Positions 34,359 through 47,651 are shown, counted from the stretch's first letter. The stretch is DNA of 64,000 nucleotides from Eledone cirrhosa (GCA_964016885.1 OZ024741.1:92380001-92444000); one strand, 5' to 3'. The notes: generated by a model from the letters alone, not told the origin. Made by a program: numbers and translations.

Positions 34359-35218
34359 GATAGCAACTAACAGTGCTGCGATCGAATGTGGCTTTTTAGC
34401 CCAGCCAATGATCTAAAATGTCTTGCACAGAGTCGGCAACCAAAACATTTACTGGGAATAGTCGGCTGTGGTTGGAGTTCGTGTACTTTTGCATGTCGCT
34501 TGAGTCCTCCTGCTGATTTACATTCTCTACCACATGTTTGGCAAGCATGATGAGTAGCATCTCCAACAGCAGCCTGGTAGTCAACCACTGGTCTTACTTT
34601 ATGACTGCGAAGATGACTTTCGAGTCCAGCTTTGCTTAGGCAGAGTCTCGCACAGACGCTGCATGTCAGAAACATAGGAGGACCCTCGCCGTCTGGAAGT
34701 GCAACAGCAATACCCTTCCTCACGTCCCGCTTTACTTTCTTGTGTGCGATTCGAGATGCCTCAAAGGCAACTTTTCCCTCATATACAGTCTTTCTCCATT
34801 TATTACGATCAGCAGCAATATTTTCCCATGTATCAGCAGAGATGTTAGCGTCTTTCAGAGAGGCCTTCAAGGAATCCTTATACCTCTTTTTTGGTTTATG
34901 TGGCGGTCGTTTTCCTTTAACCAACTCTCCATAGAAGAGTTGTTTTGGTATTCTAGAATCCTTCATCCTGGCAAGGTGACCACTCCAACGGAGTCGCTGC
35001 TTAAGCACAAGAGCTTCTATACTGTCACACATAGAGCTTTCCAAAATCTCGACATCACTGATGTGGTCCCTCCAGCGAACGCCATGTATCCGTCTGAGAC
35101 ACATCTGATGGAAACGCTCCAATTGCTTAAGGTGGCGTCGATATGTGACCCAGGTCTCGCAGGCATAAAGAAGACAAGAGAGTACACATGCCCTGTACAC
35201 CTTTACCTTTGTCCTCCA
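33926..35218 (-). mobile_element. 3' fragment of an RTE LINE: ORF C-terminus with three C2H2-like fingers (34367-35218), microsatellite-invaded 3' UTR, hairpin tail, (ATGT)n
   Basis: [32 protein letters not shown]...RIPKQLFYGEL, CxxC...HxxxH x3; tail GCCATACTCGATAACGAGGGGGCAGCCATC. Confidence 0.9.
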
Positions 35219-35268
35219 CATACATACATACATACATACATACATACATACATACATACATACATACA

Positions 35269-35754
35269 TGATGGCTGCCCCCTCGTTATCGAGTATGGCC
35301 ATTGGACGATATACCATTATTAATAATTATTAATTAATTCTATCGTGCAATGTCTGTGCGTGAAGATATTTTTTTAAGTGAGGAAAAACTGTGGACTGAG
35401 CCAATCCCACTCTCTGAGCGACAGTGGCTATAACCCGAAAAGAAGAAAAGATCAACATCATCGGAAACTACTGAGCCGCAGGTTTTATATCGGAGTTATC
35501 CCAGTTTCCTGAGTTGCCTTCTCCTAGAAGAATGCCCTGACAAACGCTAGGGGTCCTTCACTCCCAGTGGTTTAACCACGCGGTACATGTGTATATACAT
35601 ATTTACACACTTTTGGATGGCCGTTGACTCTTATGAGTTCTTCCGCCCTTTGTCAGGTTTTCTTTTTTGTCCTGCAGGGTGTCCAAATATCACCCTCCTC
35701 ACCAAGTAAACTTGGTGGGGTTGCCGGTTTAGTCGCCGACGACCCGACCATGGG

Positions 35755-35755
<1 letters not shown>
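35269..35755 (-). mobile_element. RTE-derived non-autonomous element, subfamily B
   Basis: Shares LINE 3' tail; reverse complement of 37325-37905. Confidence 0.8.
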
Positions 35756-35785
<30 letters not shown>

Positions 35786-35844
35786 CATACATACATACAT
35801 ACATACATACATACATACATACATACATACATACATACATACAT

Positions 35845-36452
35845 GGTGGCTGCCAACTCGTTTTCGAGTACGGCCACTACTTTATATCCATGTGGGAGAA
35901 CCCCTACCAATGCGCTGAACGAGTGTGACTTTTTAGTCCAGCCAGCGACTTGAAAACTCTGGTACAAACACTACACCTGTGACAATTATTGACACATAGT
36001 GCTGGGCCCATGGTACCATGTGACGACAAGTGCAGAGAGATCTCCAGATATAAAGCAATGCCTGTGCTGTGAAGCTTTTATAGTGAGCAAAGGCACTGCA
36101 CAAAGCCAGTCCCACTCTCTTAACCAAGATGATATTTACCAAAAAGAAGAACAATTCAACATCATTGGATACCATCAGGGTTGCAGGTGTTATATCAGAG
36201 TTTTCCTTCTCCTAGAATTCTGCCTTGACAAAGGCTAAGGGGTCATCTCTCCCGGTGATTTTGGATGGCTATTGACTCTTAAGAGCCCCTTTGCCTTTTG
36301 ACAGGTTTTGTTTTTAGTCCTGCAGGATGTCCAAAGCCACCCTCCTCACCAAGAAACCTTGGTGGGGTTGCCAGTTTAGTCGCCAACGACCCGACCATGA
36401 GACAGGTTGTACTGGGATACATGTTACCAGTAGCACCAACTGGTGACCTGAC
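35845..36452 (-). mobile_element. RTE-derived non-autonomous element, subfamily A (apparently full length, ~610 bp)
   Basis: Reverse complement of 39344-39950; tail GCCGTACTCGAAAACGAGTTGGCAGCCACC + (ATGT)n. Confidence 0.82.
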
Positions 36453-36491
36453 ATACCTACATACATACATACATACATACATACATACATA

Positions 36492-36845
36492 CAAGATGGT
36501 TGCAAACTCTGCTAAGAGCATTGCAATCGCTTGTCAGATTCAGATGTGTGACGCTCGGATATGGCTTTTCAAGCCTGCCAGAGACTGTGAACCTTCACAA
36601 TACCATGTTGATCATTGTTCTCTGGTTCTCTTTGAACATGGCTGCGACTGTGGCTCCTGAGTCCAGATTTGCACAAGCAAATTTTTCCACACTCAGAGTA
36701 CTTCAATTCAATGGAGACACCGGTCATTTCGAGAGATACACCAGGGCATTGCTTACGCACATCCCGTTTGATCTTCTCGTGCTCTATGCGTCTGTTCTCA
36801 AAATTATGGACCCCATCATTTACCATTCCACGTCAACTTTCTCTT
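36492..36845 (-). mobile_element. 3' end of a second RTE LINE (Zn-finger C-terminus and tail)
   Basis: FENRRIEHEKIKRDVRK...CGKICLCKSGLRSHSRSH, homologous to the 34367 ORF. Confidence 0.78.
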
Positions 36846-37019
36846 TTATACATACTTACATACATACATGCATGCCTACATACATACATACATAAATGCA
36901 TACATGCATACGTGCATAGATAAATAGATAGATAATTATCTATGCACGTATGCATGTATGCATTTATCACTGGTTATAAAATGAGGGATAGTGTATGTAT
37001 GTATGAATGTATGTATATA

Positions 37020-37905
37020 TAGAAACTGGGATAACTCCGATATAAAACCTGCTGCTCAGTAGTTTCCGATGATGTTGATCTTTTCTTCTTTTCGGGTTAT
37101 AGCTACTGTCGCTCAGAGAGTGGGATTGGCTCAGTGCACAGTCTTTCCTCACTTTAAAAAATGTCTTCATGCACAGGCATTGCACGATAGAATTAATTAA
37201 TAATTATTAATAATGGTATATCGTCCAATGGCCATACTCGATAACGAGGGGGAAGCCATCATGTATATATGCATATATGTATGTATGTGCTACTGGTAAC
37301 ATGTAACCCAGTACAACCTGTCGCATGGTCGGGTCGTCGGCGACTAAACCAGCAACCCCGCCAAGTTTACTTGGTGAAGAGGGTGATTTTGGACACCCTG
37401 CAGGACAAAAAACAAGACCTGACAAAGGGCAGAACTCATAAGAGTCAACGGCCCTCCAAAAATGTGTATGTACATGTGTATATATGTATGTATATATGTA
37501 TGTATATATGTGTATGCATATCTATGTATGTGTATGCATGTGTATGTATATGCGCGGGGACATAGAAATAATCGGACTGGATACCCGATTGCGCGGTTAA
37601 ACGACTAGGAGTAAAGGACCCCTAGCCCATGTCAGGGCATTCTTCTAGGAGAAAGCAACTCAGGAAACTGGGATAACTCCGATATAAAACCTGCAGCTCA
37701 GTTGTTTCCGATGATATTGATCTTTTCTTCTTTTCGGGTTATAGCTACTGTCGCTCAGAGAGTGGGATTGGCTCAGTGCACAGTCTTTCCTCATTGTAAA
37801 ATAAATCTTCACGCACGGGCATTGCACGATAGCATGAATTGATAATTATTAATAATGTTACATCGTGCAATGGGCATACTCGATAACGAGGGAGCAGCCA
37901 TCATC
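37020..37905 (+). mobile_element. Subfamily B copies: internally inverted fragment (37020-37262) and longer copy (37288-37905)
   Basis: Homology to 35269-35755. Confidence 0.78.
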
Positions 37906-38267
37906 ATGTGTGTATGTATGTATGCATGTATGTATGTATGTATGTATGTATGTATGTATGTATGTATGCATGTATGTATTTATGTATGTATGTATGCATG
38001 TATGTATTTATGTATGCATGTTCTTCTGGTTTTATAATTTCACAATGTTTTGCCAATAGAGAGAGCCGGTTTCTATCACAGACACAACACTCTCTCATTG
38101 GAATTTACACATCAAGTATGTATGTATGTATGTATGTATGTATGTATGTATGTATGTATGTATGTATGTATGTATGTATGTATGTGTGTGTGTATGTATG
38201 TATGTATGTATGTATGTATGTATGTATGTATGTATGTATGTATGTATGTATGTATGTATGTATGTAT

Positions 38268-38672
38268 GAGATGACCCCTTAGCCTTTGTCAAGGCAGAAT
38301 TCTAGGAGAAGGAAAACTCTGATATAACACCTGCAACCCTGATGGTATCCAATGATGTTGACTTATTCTTCTTTTTGGTAAATATCATCTTGGTTAAGAG
38401 AGTGGGACTGGTTTTGTGCAGTGCCTTTGCTCACTATAAAAGCTTCACGGCACAGGCATTGCTTTATATTTGGAGATCTCTCTACACTTGTCGTCACATG
38501 GTACCAAGGGCCCAACACCATGTGTCAATAATTGTCACAGGTCTAGTGTTTGTACCAGAGTTTTCAAGTCGCTGGCTGGACTAAAAGTCACACTTGTTTA
38601 GCGCATCGGTAGGGGTTCTCCTACATGGATATAAAGTAGTGGCCGTACTCGAAAACGAGTTGGCAGCCACCA
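38268..38672 (+). mobile_element. Subfamily A copy, 5'-truncated
   Basis: Homology to 39540-39950. Confidence 0.82.
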
Positions 38673-39252
38673 TATATTGTATATATATATATTGTATATA
38701 TATGTATTGTATATATATATATATATATATTGTATATATATATATATATATTGTATATATATATATATATATTGTATATATATATTGTATATATTGTATA
38801 TATTGTATATATATATATATATATATTGTATATATATATATATTGTATATATTGTATGTATATATTGTATGTATATATATATATATTGTATATATATATA
38901 TTGTATATATATATATATATTGTATATATATATATATATATATTGTATATATATATATATTGTATGTGTATATATATATATATTGTATATATATGTATAT
39001 ATTGTATATATATGTGTGTATATTGTATATATATATATATATATATTGTATATATATATATATATATTGTATATATATGTGTGTATATATTGTATATATA
39101 TATATATGTATTGTATATATATGTATATATATTGTATATATTTATATATATATTGTATATATATATAAATATATTGTATATATATATATATATATTGTAT
39201 GTATATATATATATATTGTATATATATATATATATGTTGTATATATATATAT

Positions 39253-39283
<31 letters not shown>

Positions 39284-39343
39284 TGTATATATATATATAT
39301 TGTATATATATATATATATATTGTATATATATATATATTGTAT
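38673..39343. repeat. Irregular (TA)nTTG compound microsatellite
   Basis: Repeated TATATATTGTATATA units. Confidence 0.95.
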
Positions 39344-39950
39344 GTCAGGTCACCAGTTGGTGCTACTGGTAACATGTATCCCAGTACAACCTGTCCCATG
39401 GTCGGGTCGTTGGCGACTAAACTGGCAACCCCACCAAGGTTTCTTGGTGAGGAGGGTGACTTTGGACATCCTGCAGGACTAAAAACAAAACCTGGCAAAG
39501 GAGCTCTTAAGAGTCAATGGCTATCCAAAATCACCGGGAGAGATGACCCCTTAGCCTTTGTCAAGGCAGAATTCTAGGAGAAGGAAAACTCTGATATAAC
39601 ACCTGCAACCCTGATGGTATCCAATGATGTTGACTTATTCTTCTTTTTGGTAAATATCATCTTGGGTTAAGAGAGTGGGACTGGCTTTGTGCAGTGCCTT
39701 TGCTCACTATAAAAGCTTCACGGCACAGGCATTGCTTTATATCTGGAGATCTCTCTACACTTGTCGTCACATGGTACCATGGGCCCAGCACTATGTGTCA
39801 ATAATTGTCACAGGTGTAGTGTTTGTACCAGAGTTTTCAAGTCGCTGGCTGGACTAAAAGTCACACTTGTTTAGCGCATCGGTAGGGGTTCTCCTACATG
39901 GATATAAAGTAGTGGCCGTACTCGAAAACGAGTTGGCAGCCACCACCATG
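39344..39950 (+). mobile_element. Subfamily A copy, apparently full length
   Basis: Starts (GT)CAGGTCACCAGTTGG exactly as the 36452 copy; ends in hairpin tail + (ATGT)n. Confidence 0.82.
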
Positions 39951-40045
39951 TATGTATGTAAATCAACCAATTAAATGTTGGCACGTTCTTTTGTTCATCC
40001 GTTCTCTTTCGCTGAAGTGCAAAGATCTCGGGTTCAATAGGCCAG

Positions 40046-40129
<84 letters not shown>

Positions 40130-40200
40130 GTAATTCCGTCGGAAAGGTCCAGGAAAAAAGAGTGCTCTATGTAAGTTACAGAGTTTATTAGTTATAACTA

Positions 40201-40272
<72 letters not shown>

Positions 40273-40278
40273 CATCTT

Positions 40279-40316
<38 letters not shown>

Positions 40317-40380
40317 AAGATGAAATCGAAAATGCAACTGGAGTCTTATTTTTAAAAAAATATATATATTTATTTGGTTC

Positions 40381-40416
40381 CTTTACCGGTTTCGCAGTTC
40401 TTCTGCTTTTCAAAAG
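40381..40416 (-). ncRNA. Hammerhead ribozyme, U3-A8 core variant
   Basis: Minus: CTT-TTGAAAA-GCAG-aagaa-CTGC-GAAAC-CG-GTA-AAG. Confidence 0.8.
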
Positions 40417-40602
40417 TAGAGTTGAGATGGAGGGTCTGTGGTTTTTGCGAACTGGCGCGAAATTTATTATAATTATTGACTAACCAATCAAATTACTTCT
40501 CGAAAAACCTGGCATTTCGAGCCACTTTTTCCATATAAAACAAGTAACATTCAGAGACCAACCAGATGTGAGAAAAACCACAGACCCTCCATCTCAACTC
40601 TA

Positions 40603-40638
40603 CTTTTGAAAAGCAGAAAAACTGCGAAACCTGTAAAG
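40603..40638 (+). ncRNA. Hammerhead ribozyme, U3-A8 core variant (other arm)
   Basis: CTT-TTGAAAA-GCAG-aaaaa-CTGC-GAAAC-CT-GTA-AAG. Confidence 0.78.
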
Positions 40639-40775
40639 GAACCAAATAAATATATATATATTTTTTTAAATAAGACTCCAGTTGCATTTTCGATTTCATC
40701 TTTTTTTCTTTATACTTTCACTCGTGTAGGACACCTCGGTTATTTTTCATGTTGTAAAAAAAAACCTCACTTTCT

Positions 40776-40807
<32 letters not shown>

Positions 40808-40834
40808 CGATATATATATATATATATATATACG

Positions 40835-40887
<53 letters not shown>

Positions 40888-41059
40888 CATAATATATATA
40901 ATGTCTGATACCATCAACACTATAAACACAGAGCTGGCATATCTAAGAACTGACTAACTGCCTGATGAGGTCATAGCCATTCAATTTATATACCAGTAAA
41001 TAAAGGATTATGAGTTCATGCAATTGACTTATGTTTCGTCACTGTATACCTAATATATA

Positions 41060-41642
41060 TAATTGTTTCTACTTTAGGCACAAGGCCAGCAATTAACCAG
41101 TGCATTACTGGTACTTTATTTTATCGACCCCGTAAGGATGAAAGGCAAAGTCAACCTCGGCGGGATTTGAACTCAGATCGTAAAGAGACGTAACTATGCT
41201 GGAAAGCATGGCGTCCGACCCTCTACCGATACTGCCAATCCACCGCCCTAATATATAATGTATATACATTATATATATATATATACAATATATATATGCC
41301 ATTCTGAGTTCAAATCCCACCGGTTAACTTTACATTTCATCCTTACGAGGTCGATAAAATAAAGTACCAGTAATGCACTGTGTAATTGCTGGCCTTGTGC
41401 CAAAAGTAGAAACAATTATATATGTAATGTATATACATTATATATATATATATACATTATATATATAATTGGCAGTACCGGTAGAGGGTTGGACGCCATG
41501 CTTTCTAGCATAGTTACGTCCCTTTACGGTCTGAGTTCAAATCCCGTCGAGGTTAACTTTGCCTTTCAACCTTACGAGGTCGATAAAATAAAGTACCAGT
41601 AATGTACTGGGTAATTGCTGGCCTTGTGCCAAAAGTAGAAAC

Positions 41643-41648
<6 letters not shown>
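41060..41648. mobile_element. Cluster of three Meta-type SINEs: full-length minus (41060-41249), plus copies (41301-41418, 41468-41648)
   Basis: A-box-like TGGCAGTATCGG, B-box GAGTTCAAATCC, conserved core. Confidence 0.85.
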
Positions 41649-41680
<32 letters not shown>

Positions 41681-41686
<6 letters not shown>

Positions 41687-44215
41687 TAAAATAACAGATT
41701 AAAGTTTAAGCAAAGAATCGCTGCTTTCACCCTTAAAGGGATCTTCTGAAACTAACAAAGTCAATATGTGAACGCAGAAGTGAATATTTCAAAACACGTT
41801 GCAATGGGAGGAAGACAGGAAGACGATACTTTGGTTCGTGGAAACGTTCCCTGGCAAAGAACGGGAAAAAACGGGCGGTGAAAAACAATTACACGCAAAG
41901 ACAGAACCACGTTAATGGTATAAACGAAGTCGTAGACTAATATTCTCTTAGGTGGTTCATAGAGACGTTCTCTGGCAATGAACGGAAAAAACGAAGATAA
42001 TACGTCATATGTGGAGCGTGGAGAACAATTGCACGCAAAGACAAAACCACGTAAATGGTATAACTGAAGTCGTAGACTAAAATTCTAACTAGGAAACCGA
42101 ATGATTCTCCGCTTCAGAGTTAAGAATAAAGAAAAGAAAATACTGAGGTAATTAAAATTAAATAAATACATACACGCATCCATATACGTACATACATAAG
42201 CATACGCGAAAACACTCGCCATAGGTATACAAATACACGCACATATAAATATGTGCGTGTATACAAATAATTAAATAAACGTATATAAATAAATAAATAC
42301 GTATATGTAAATACCTACATGTAAATACACAAATGTTCGGAGACGCACGTCAACCAAAACACGAAGTACACATATACACACACCCTACATATGTACGAAC
42401 CCGCATACTCACATAAACACAAAACTCACGTATACACATAACCAAAAGCATATGTACCAGAATATATAAAAAATATACGCCATAACATATACCATCAAAT
42501 ATACGTACGAGAAAGTATACGTACTTTCACAAAACATACAGGTAATATATACTTACCTATGCAAATAAGTAATGGTATAAACATAACATATATTTAGCTA
42601 CCACATCAAGACGTAAAATATCCGCGTATAGATCGTACTATCCGTTAGGGTATAATGTGGGGCTGTAATACAGGAAAGTTTTGTGCAATTTATGTTTACA
42701 AGCCAAAATTGCCTCAGATTTTTTGTTTAAGATGTGGTCGTGGCGTAGATTATTTCCAGGCCCTCAGCGGCGCAGAGGTCACATGGTCTTTTATTTCCGT
42801 TATACGATCTAGCCCTAGCTAGGATCTCCCAGTGTAACTTATATTGGGTGTGCTTGTCTTTTAGACTCAAGATATAAGCTGAAAGTGACGTCATATTCCT
42901 TCTTAGAGGGTAACGAAAAGAATAGGTATGCATGTAAAGACGCTGCTTGAATCTATTGGCGGTTAACCATATGTAAGCCCTACGGGACGTGGGTTTTTCA
43001 ACCTTACATTTGTAGACAATGTTACTAGACAGGCATTTCCCGGATAGGGGCAATCAATCCGATTCCTACAATTACAGTTAGTACTAACTACAGGGTTGCA
43101 CGTGTTCCTACGGCAAGGTAGTTTAGCTAAATTTGAAGCTGTGATGTTATGTGCAAGGTTAGAAGTCGTAGAGTAAGACATTTTAATAGTATTTCTATTA
43201 AAAATTTTACTATATTTATGTGTAGGGGGAAAATGCTTCGTAATAAGGGATAGAAAGATCTTAGCTAATGGTGTGGCCACCTCCATATTATATGGTGGGT
43301 TATACCATATAATGCATCAGGATCTATTTCTTCTAGGTCTATTCTCGTACTCTGTATATGCTACCTTATCGACAAATCCACTCCGAGCAAGAGCTTCATT
43401 GTAATATGTGGAATGGTCGTTGAAAATATGCTTGTTAGTAGATAGACGGGAAAGCCTCAAAGAAACGTTTCTTACCAGGTTCTTGGTTATGCTGGCAGGA
43501 TGGTTGGAATGCTTACTTATGTAATTAAGCGTATCATTCGGCTTTCTATACGGGTAATACAAGCCATTCGATAAATTGAGGGTAACGTCGAGGTAATTAA
43601 CGACCGAGAGGTTGGCCTCAACCTGTATAGAGAAGTTGAAGCCTTTAAATAAGGCTGTGAGTTCTTTTCTGAACCTGTCGCAAGTACGTGGGCCGCACTT
43701 AGTCGTGGTCAAAAGACCATCGTTACGGTACAAACCACCACCCACGTTGGGTAATTCGTCCTTGATAGAGAAAAGAAGGAAAAGGCCGATAAGATCAGTA
43801 ACCTCCGCAGAATCGCTGGCGCCCATACTCACGTCGAATGGGGCACTATTAGATTTTTAATCCAAATAGAGTCGTCGAAATTAATCACCGACTTACGGGC
43901 ATTGAGATTGACATCAACTTCGAGATCCTTAACCACTGTGAGTGTTTTAGCGAAATTGATAGCTCTAAGGGGAAGTGGTAAAGTGATGGAGGAGTAGTAA
44001 TTATTGATGTCGAATTGGATAAAACGGCAATGTTCCTTGTTGCATATGCCGTTGAACCAATCAATCACCGCGAAAGAATTGTTCCAGAGTTCAAGAGGGG
44101 CCAAACTTCTAATTTCAGGTATAATTCTATCAAGAATCCTTTTACTTAGTCTACCTAAATCGGGTAGGGTTAATAAGCCGAATAGAGGGGTTGTTCGGAA
44201 AATTGGATTTATCTA
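41681..44215 (-). mobile_element. 5'-truncated Naiad-like PLE: RT (44215-43320), linker, GIY-YIG (to ~42660), ~1-kb 3' UTR/pLTR
   Basis: NFPNNPSIRLINP, FIQFDINNYYSSI, MGASDSAEVTDLIGL, GLYRNDGL (YRDD mutated), SNHP, NCNCRNRIDCP, NIVYKC, CDLC; frameshifts. Confidence 0.9.
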
Positions 44216-44239
44216 GGGCGGGTAAAATTCCCGAGATCC

Positions 44240-44693
44240 ATGGACGAGTTCTCTCCAGCGTGTCTCTGTCCCTCATTATCGCTGCCATGTCCTGTGTCTC
44301 CAACAGACCAGTGTCTGTCCTTAGGGCATCAACATACGTTAACCTTGATCTTCCCCTTCCAGTGTATCCATATAGGGGATCCCACAAGACCACTGAGTGC
44401 AATGTCAACTCTGGATGTCGGTGAGCATGTCCAGCTAACCTCAGTCTCCTCTGCGTCACTTTTGAGCTGACTTTTGGGAGGCTCCCGTACAGCTCTGAGT
44501 TTTTCATCCTCAGTGTATACTGATTAATGTTCAGAGCAATCCTCAGCATTCTCGTGTAGCACCCATCCACCATCTGAGTGAGTTTCTTGGTCAGTGTCCA
44601 AGTCTCAGGCCCGCACAGCAGCACAGACTCCACTACAGCAATGAAGAGGCGGATTTTCAGGTCTTTACGAAGGTCCGACTTCCACACCGATCT

Positions 44694-44695
<2 letters not shown>
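44240..44695 (-). mobile_element. C-terminal fragment of an RTE-group LINE ORF, abutting the PLE
   Basis: WKSDL...KIRLF...VESVLL.G.ETWTL...DGCYTRMLR..LN...RRLRLAGH..RH. Confidence 0.85.
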
Positions 44696-44768
<73 letters not shown>

Positions 44769-45009
44769 TAAGTGTACGAGTAAAGTTTGTTTGTGTAGAT
44801 AAGTGTACAAACAAAAATGAAACAAGATTGCTTACCAAAATGTTTTTCTCAACATGGTCCTTGTAGGTTACAATAATAATCCAATAAGAGGGATCAAATT
44901 ATAGTATCCAGGTGGAAGACCATGGAGTAATAATATTTTTAAATGTATAGGAAAAACAAATACTAGGCGTGAAGTATAGAAAAAATGAAGAATTTTATCA
45001 AAAGTTGGT

Positions 45010-45123
45010 TCTTTAACATATGTTTCAATACAATATAAGTGTACATAATGCTGATTGCATAATAATATTATTATTATGCCCATTCATTAGCAATACATTA
45101 AATATTGCATTTCTTCAGAAAGA
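45010..45123 (-). ncRNA. Hammerhead ribozyme with extended helix II (left inverted arm, 44940-45130; tail 44763-44940)
   Basis: Reverse complement of 49676-49789. Confidence 0.82.
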
Positions 45124-45524
45124 TTTCAAAAAGATTACCACTCGGATTAACATCTTTCCTTTCTCGTGTCTAAATATCTTATTCCTATTTTTCCTCTATA
45201 CCCCTCTGGCTTGCATATTCTTTTTCCTATTTGAATATCATTGGATTCGATCCTACTTCTCTTTATCAACATCCTTCGCTCTTGCCCTAACTCCATTTGA
45301 TATTATCTAATGTCAAAAATATATTTTCATATATTTTTTATTCACTTAATAATCAATCCTTTCATTTATGGCAGTCTGATAAAATAGATTTTTAGACATT
45401 TCATTCAAAAGATCTTACCACCCTCCTTCATGCTTACATGCCACTTAAAATTTACATACTTTAACTCTTGTATGACTATATTTCTCTTCATAGGTATCGA
45501 CCTATGTCTGCGTTTATTTGTGTT

Positions 45525-45587
<63 letters not shown>

Positions 45588-45787
45588 CCGAAACTTGAGT
45601 TCGGGAACTACTTTAGGTACCCGTTTACGTGTGTTGTATTGAAGCGAATAACTATGTGTATACACTGGCAGAGTATTTAACATCACCTATTGAGTGCAAC
45701 CGGTCCTAGCATTGATACATATGCTGGCTCCGTCAACTTCTTATATATTCTTTTATTTTCCTTCTTTGGGTTTGCTCTTTCTTTTTC

Positions 45788-45819
<32 letters not shown>

Positions 45820-46018
45820 TTTCTTTTTCTTTTTCTTTTTCTTTTTCCCTATTCCAACGGCTTAATTTAAATGTACTGGGATTTAAACCTTTCCGACACT
45901 AATTTGCATAATAGACCAATAATAAAATTTGTAACCCCACTATCCGGGAGCTTCCAACAGACATGGTCGCATTCTTTAAGGGTATGTCAATATTTGTTTA
46001 TAAAAGTGATCTATATTA

Positions 46019-46083
46019 TATTTTATCTGATGAAAGCGCACCATAATTTGCTTTGGTGTCCTTGAAATATGTATAATGAAATA
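46019..46083 (+). ncRNA. Hammerhead ribozyme motif in PLE pLTR remnant (~45900-46215)
   Basis: TTTTAT-CTGATGA-AAGcGCACCA...TGGTGTcCTT-GAAA-TATGTA-TA-ATGAAA. Confidence 0.82.
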
Positions 46084-46239
46084 AATATGATTTTATAAAT
46101 ATAGTTTCCATTTGTTAATATATTGTATTTTTACTCCAATAATTTGTTGAGTGCTTTATATCAGTTATAAAAATATTTGCTTGTTGTATCCCAACAAATT
46201 AAATATAACTTCTACATATATATATATATATATATATAT

Positions 46240-47044
46240 ACGGATTAACAAATAATAGTTAAATGCAGTCCACTTAGGTGAAGTCCAGTTATGGTATTCC
46301 AGGTAGTGGATGATATTAACGCTTGGCTTGGTTTGACTCAACAAGGCGTTTTCATAGTGATGCTGCGGGTATGCTGTAATTCCTATGTTGTAAACACTTG
46401 GAGTAATAATAAATCAGGAAAGAAGGTTTACATGGTTTGCTATACAAAAAAGTTTTTAATCACATAGCTTACATTTGTTTCACTGAACTGGTATGTCTAG
46501 AGATATATGCGTATATTAATTCGTTAACCTCTGTATTAACTCTACAACTATTTAGCTTTGACAGTGGTTCCACTCATGTATACTGTTGAAGATGAAGAGA
46601 AAGACTGTAAAAACTAGCTTAACTTTATAATTTAAAATTGATACACACTACGATACTCTGTACATGTCAACACTTCATTTTGCCTTATGACAGCTAGTTT
46701 TCACGCCATAACATTAGATACATTATATACCCCTCCACCTAAGTAATGTCAGGGTTTCCTTAAATAATTTATTGATAGCATTGTTGTAATTGTTGTTATT
46801 GTTCTAATTGAATGCCATTACTACTCCATATAGTAGCCTGTATTTTCTTTTCTTTTCTTGCCTGTGTATTTTCTTGATTCTCGCATGCTCCGAAGATCTG
46901 ACTGGTTATAATTCTGTATTGGCGATCGAGTAACGCAAAATTAAGCGGATAGCGATCTCTAGACATAACAGTTCAGTGAAACAAATGTAAGCTATGTGAT
47001 TAAAAACTTTTTTGTATAGCAAACCATGTAAACCTTCTTTCCTG

Positions 47045-47050
<6 letters not shown>
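46240..47050. mobile_element. PLE derivative with inverted arms (46409-46505 vs 46955-47050), tail on left; degenerate HHR at 46884-46996 (+)
   Basis: GCT-CCGAAGA-tCTGACTGGTTAT...ATAACAGTTCAGt-GAAAC-AAAT-GTA-AGC. Confidence 0.68.
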
Positions 47051-47078
<28 letters not shown>

Positions 47079-47083
<5 letters not shown>

Positions 47084-47599
47084 AAAGAATAGAGGTGTAA
47101 CACACAAGTTATTATATATTGGTAAACGGAATAGAAAATGCTGACAAATTGTTCACAGTTGAAAAATGGTTTAATTAGGAATAAAAGAGTATTAGTGATT
47201 GTATGGGTTAGTATTCAGTTGTAGTTTTAAGTTTTTAAGTTTTTACCGGTTGCGCATTTCTAAATGCTTTTCAAAAATAATTTTGAGATAGAGTGTCCGT
47301 GCTGTTTGCTCTGATCTGATTAGTTTTGGGAATTCTACCTGTTTTTATGTTAAAAAAATGGCTCCAGCGTTATTTTTGTGTTGCAAAAATGCTTGTGGTC
47401 AAAACAATTTTGATTGGTTGGTAGAGGTCATGTGAATGTAAAAAGTTGATTTTGCGCCAAGACTGTTTTTAAGTTAAAATGTTAGAAAAGTGGCTCCAGC
47501 AAAAATTATTGGTCAAAACAATTTTGATTGGTCGGTAGAGGTCATGTGGATAAAAAATTGGTTTTGCGCCAAGATTGAGAAATGACTCTTTCACAACAA

Positions 47600-47651
<52 letters not shown>

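Larger units (their letters stand above)
40311..40775 (+). mobile_element. Short PLE derivative with inverted arms (40311-40446 vs 40573-40707) and 3' tail
   Basis: Inverted repeat, HHR in each arm, (TA)n flanks. Confidence 0.8.

Noticed and set aside
40955-41045. CTGATGAGGTCA on + and GTGAC-GAAAC-ATAA-GTC on -
   Set aside because: The two halves are on opposite strands, so they cannot form one ribozyme; maybe an inverted relic
41150-41250. tRNA gene
   Set aside because: A/B-box-like head of a multicopy SINE; no cloverleaf
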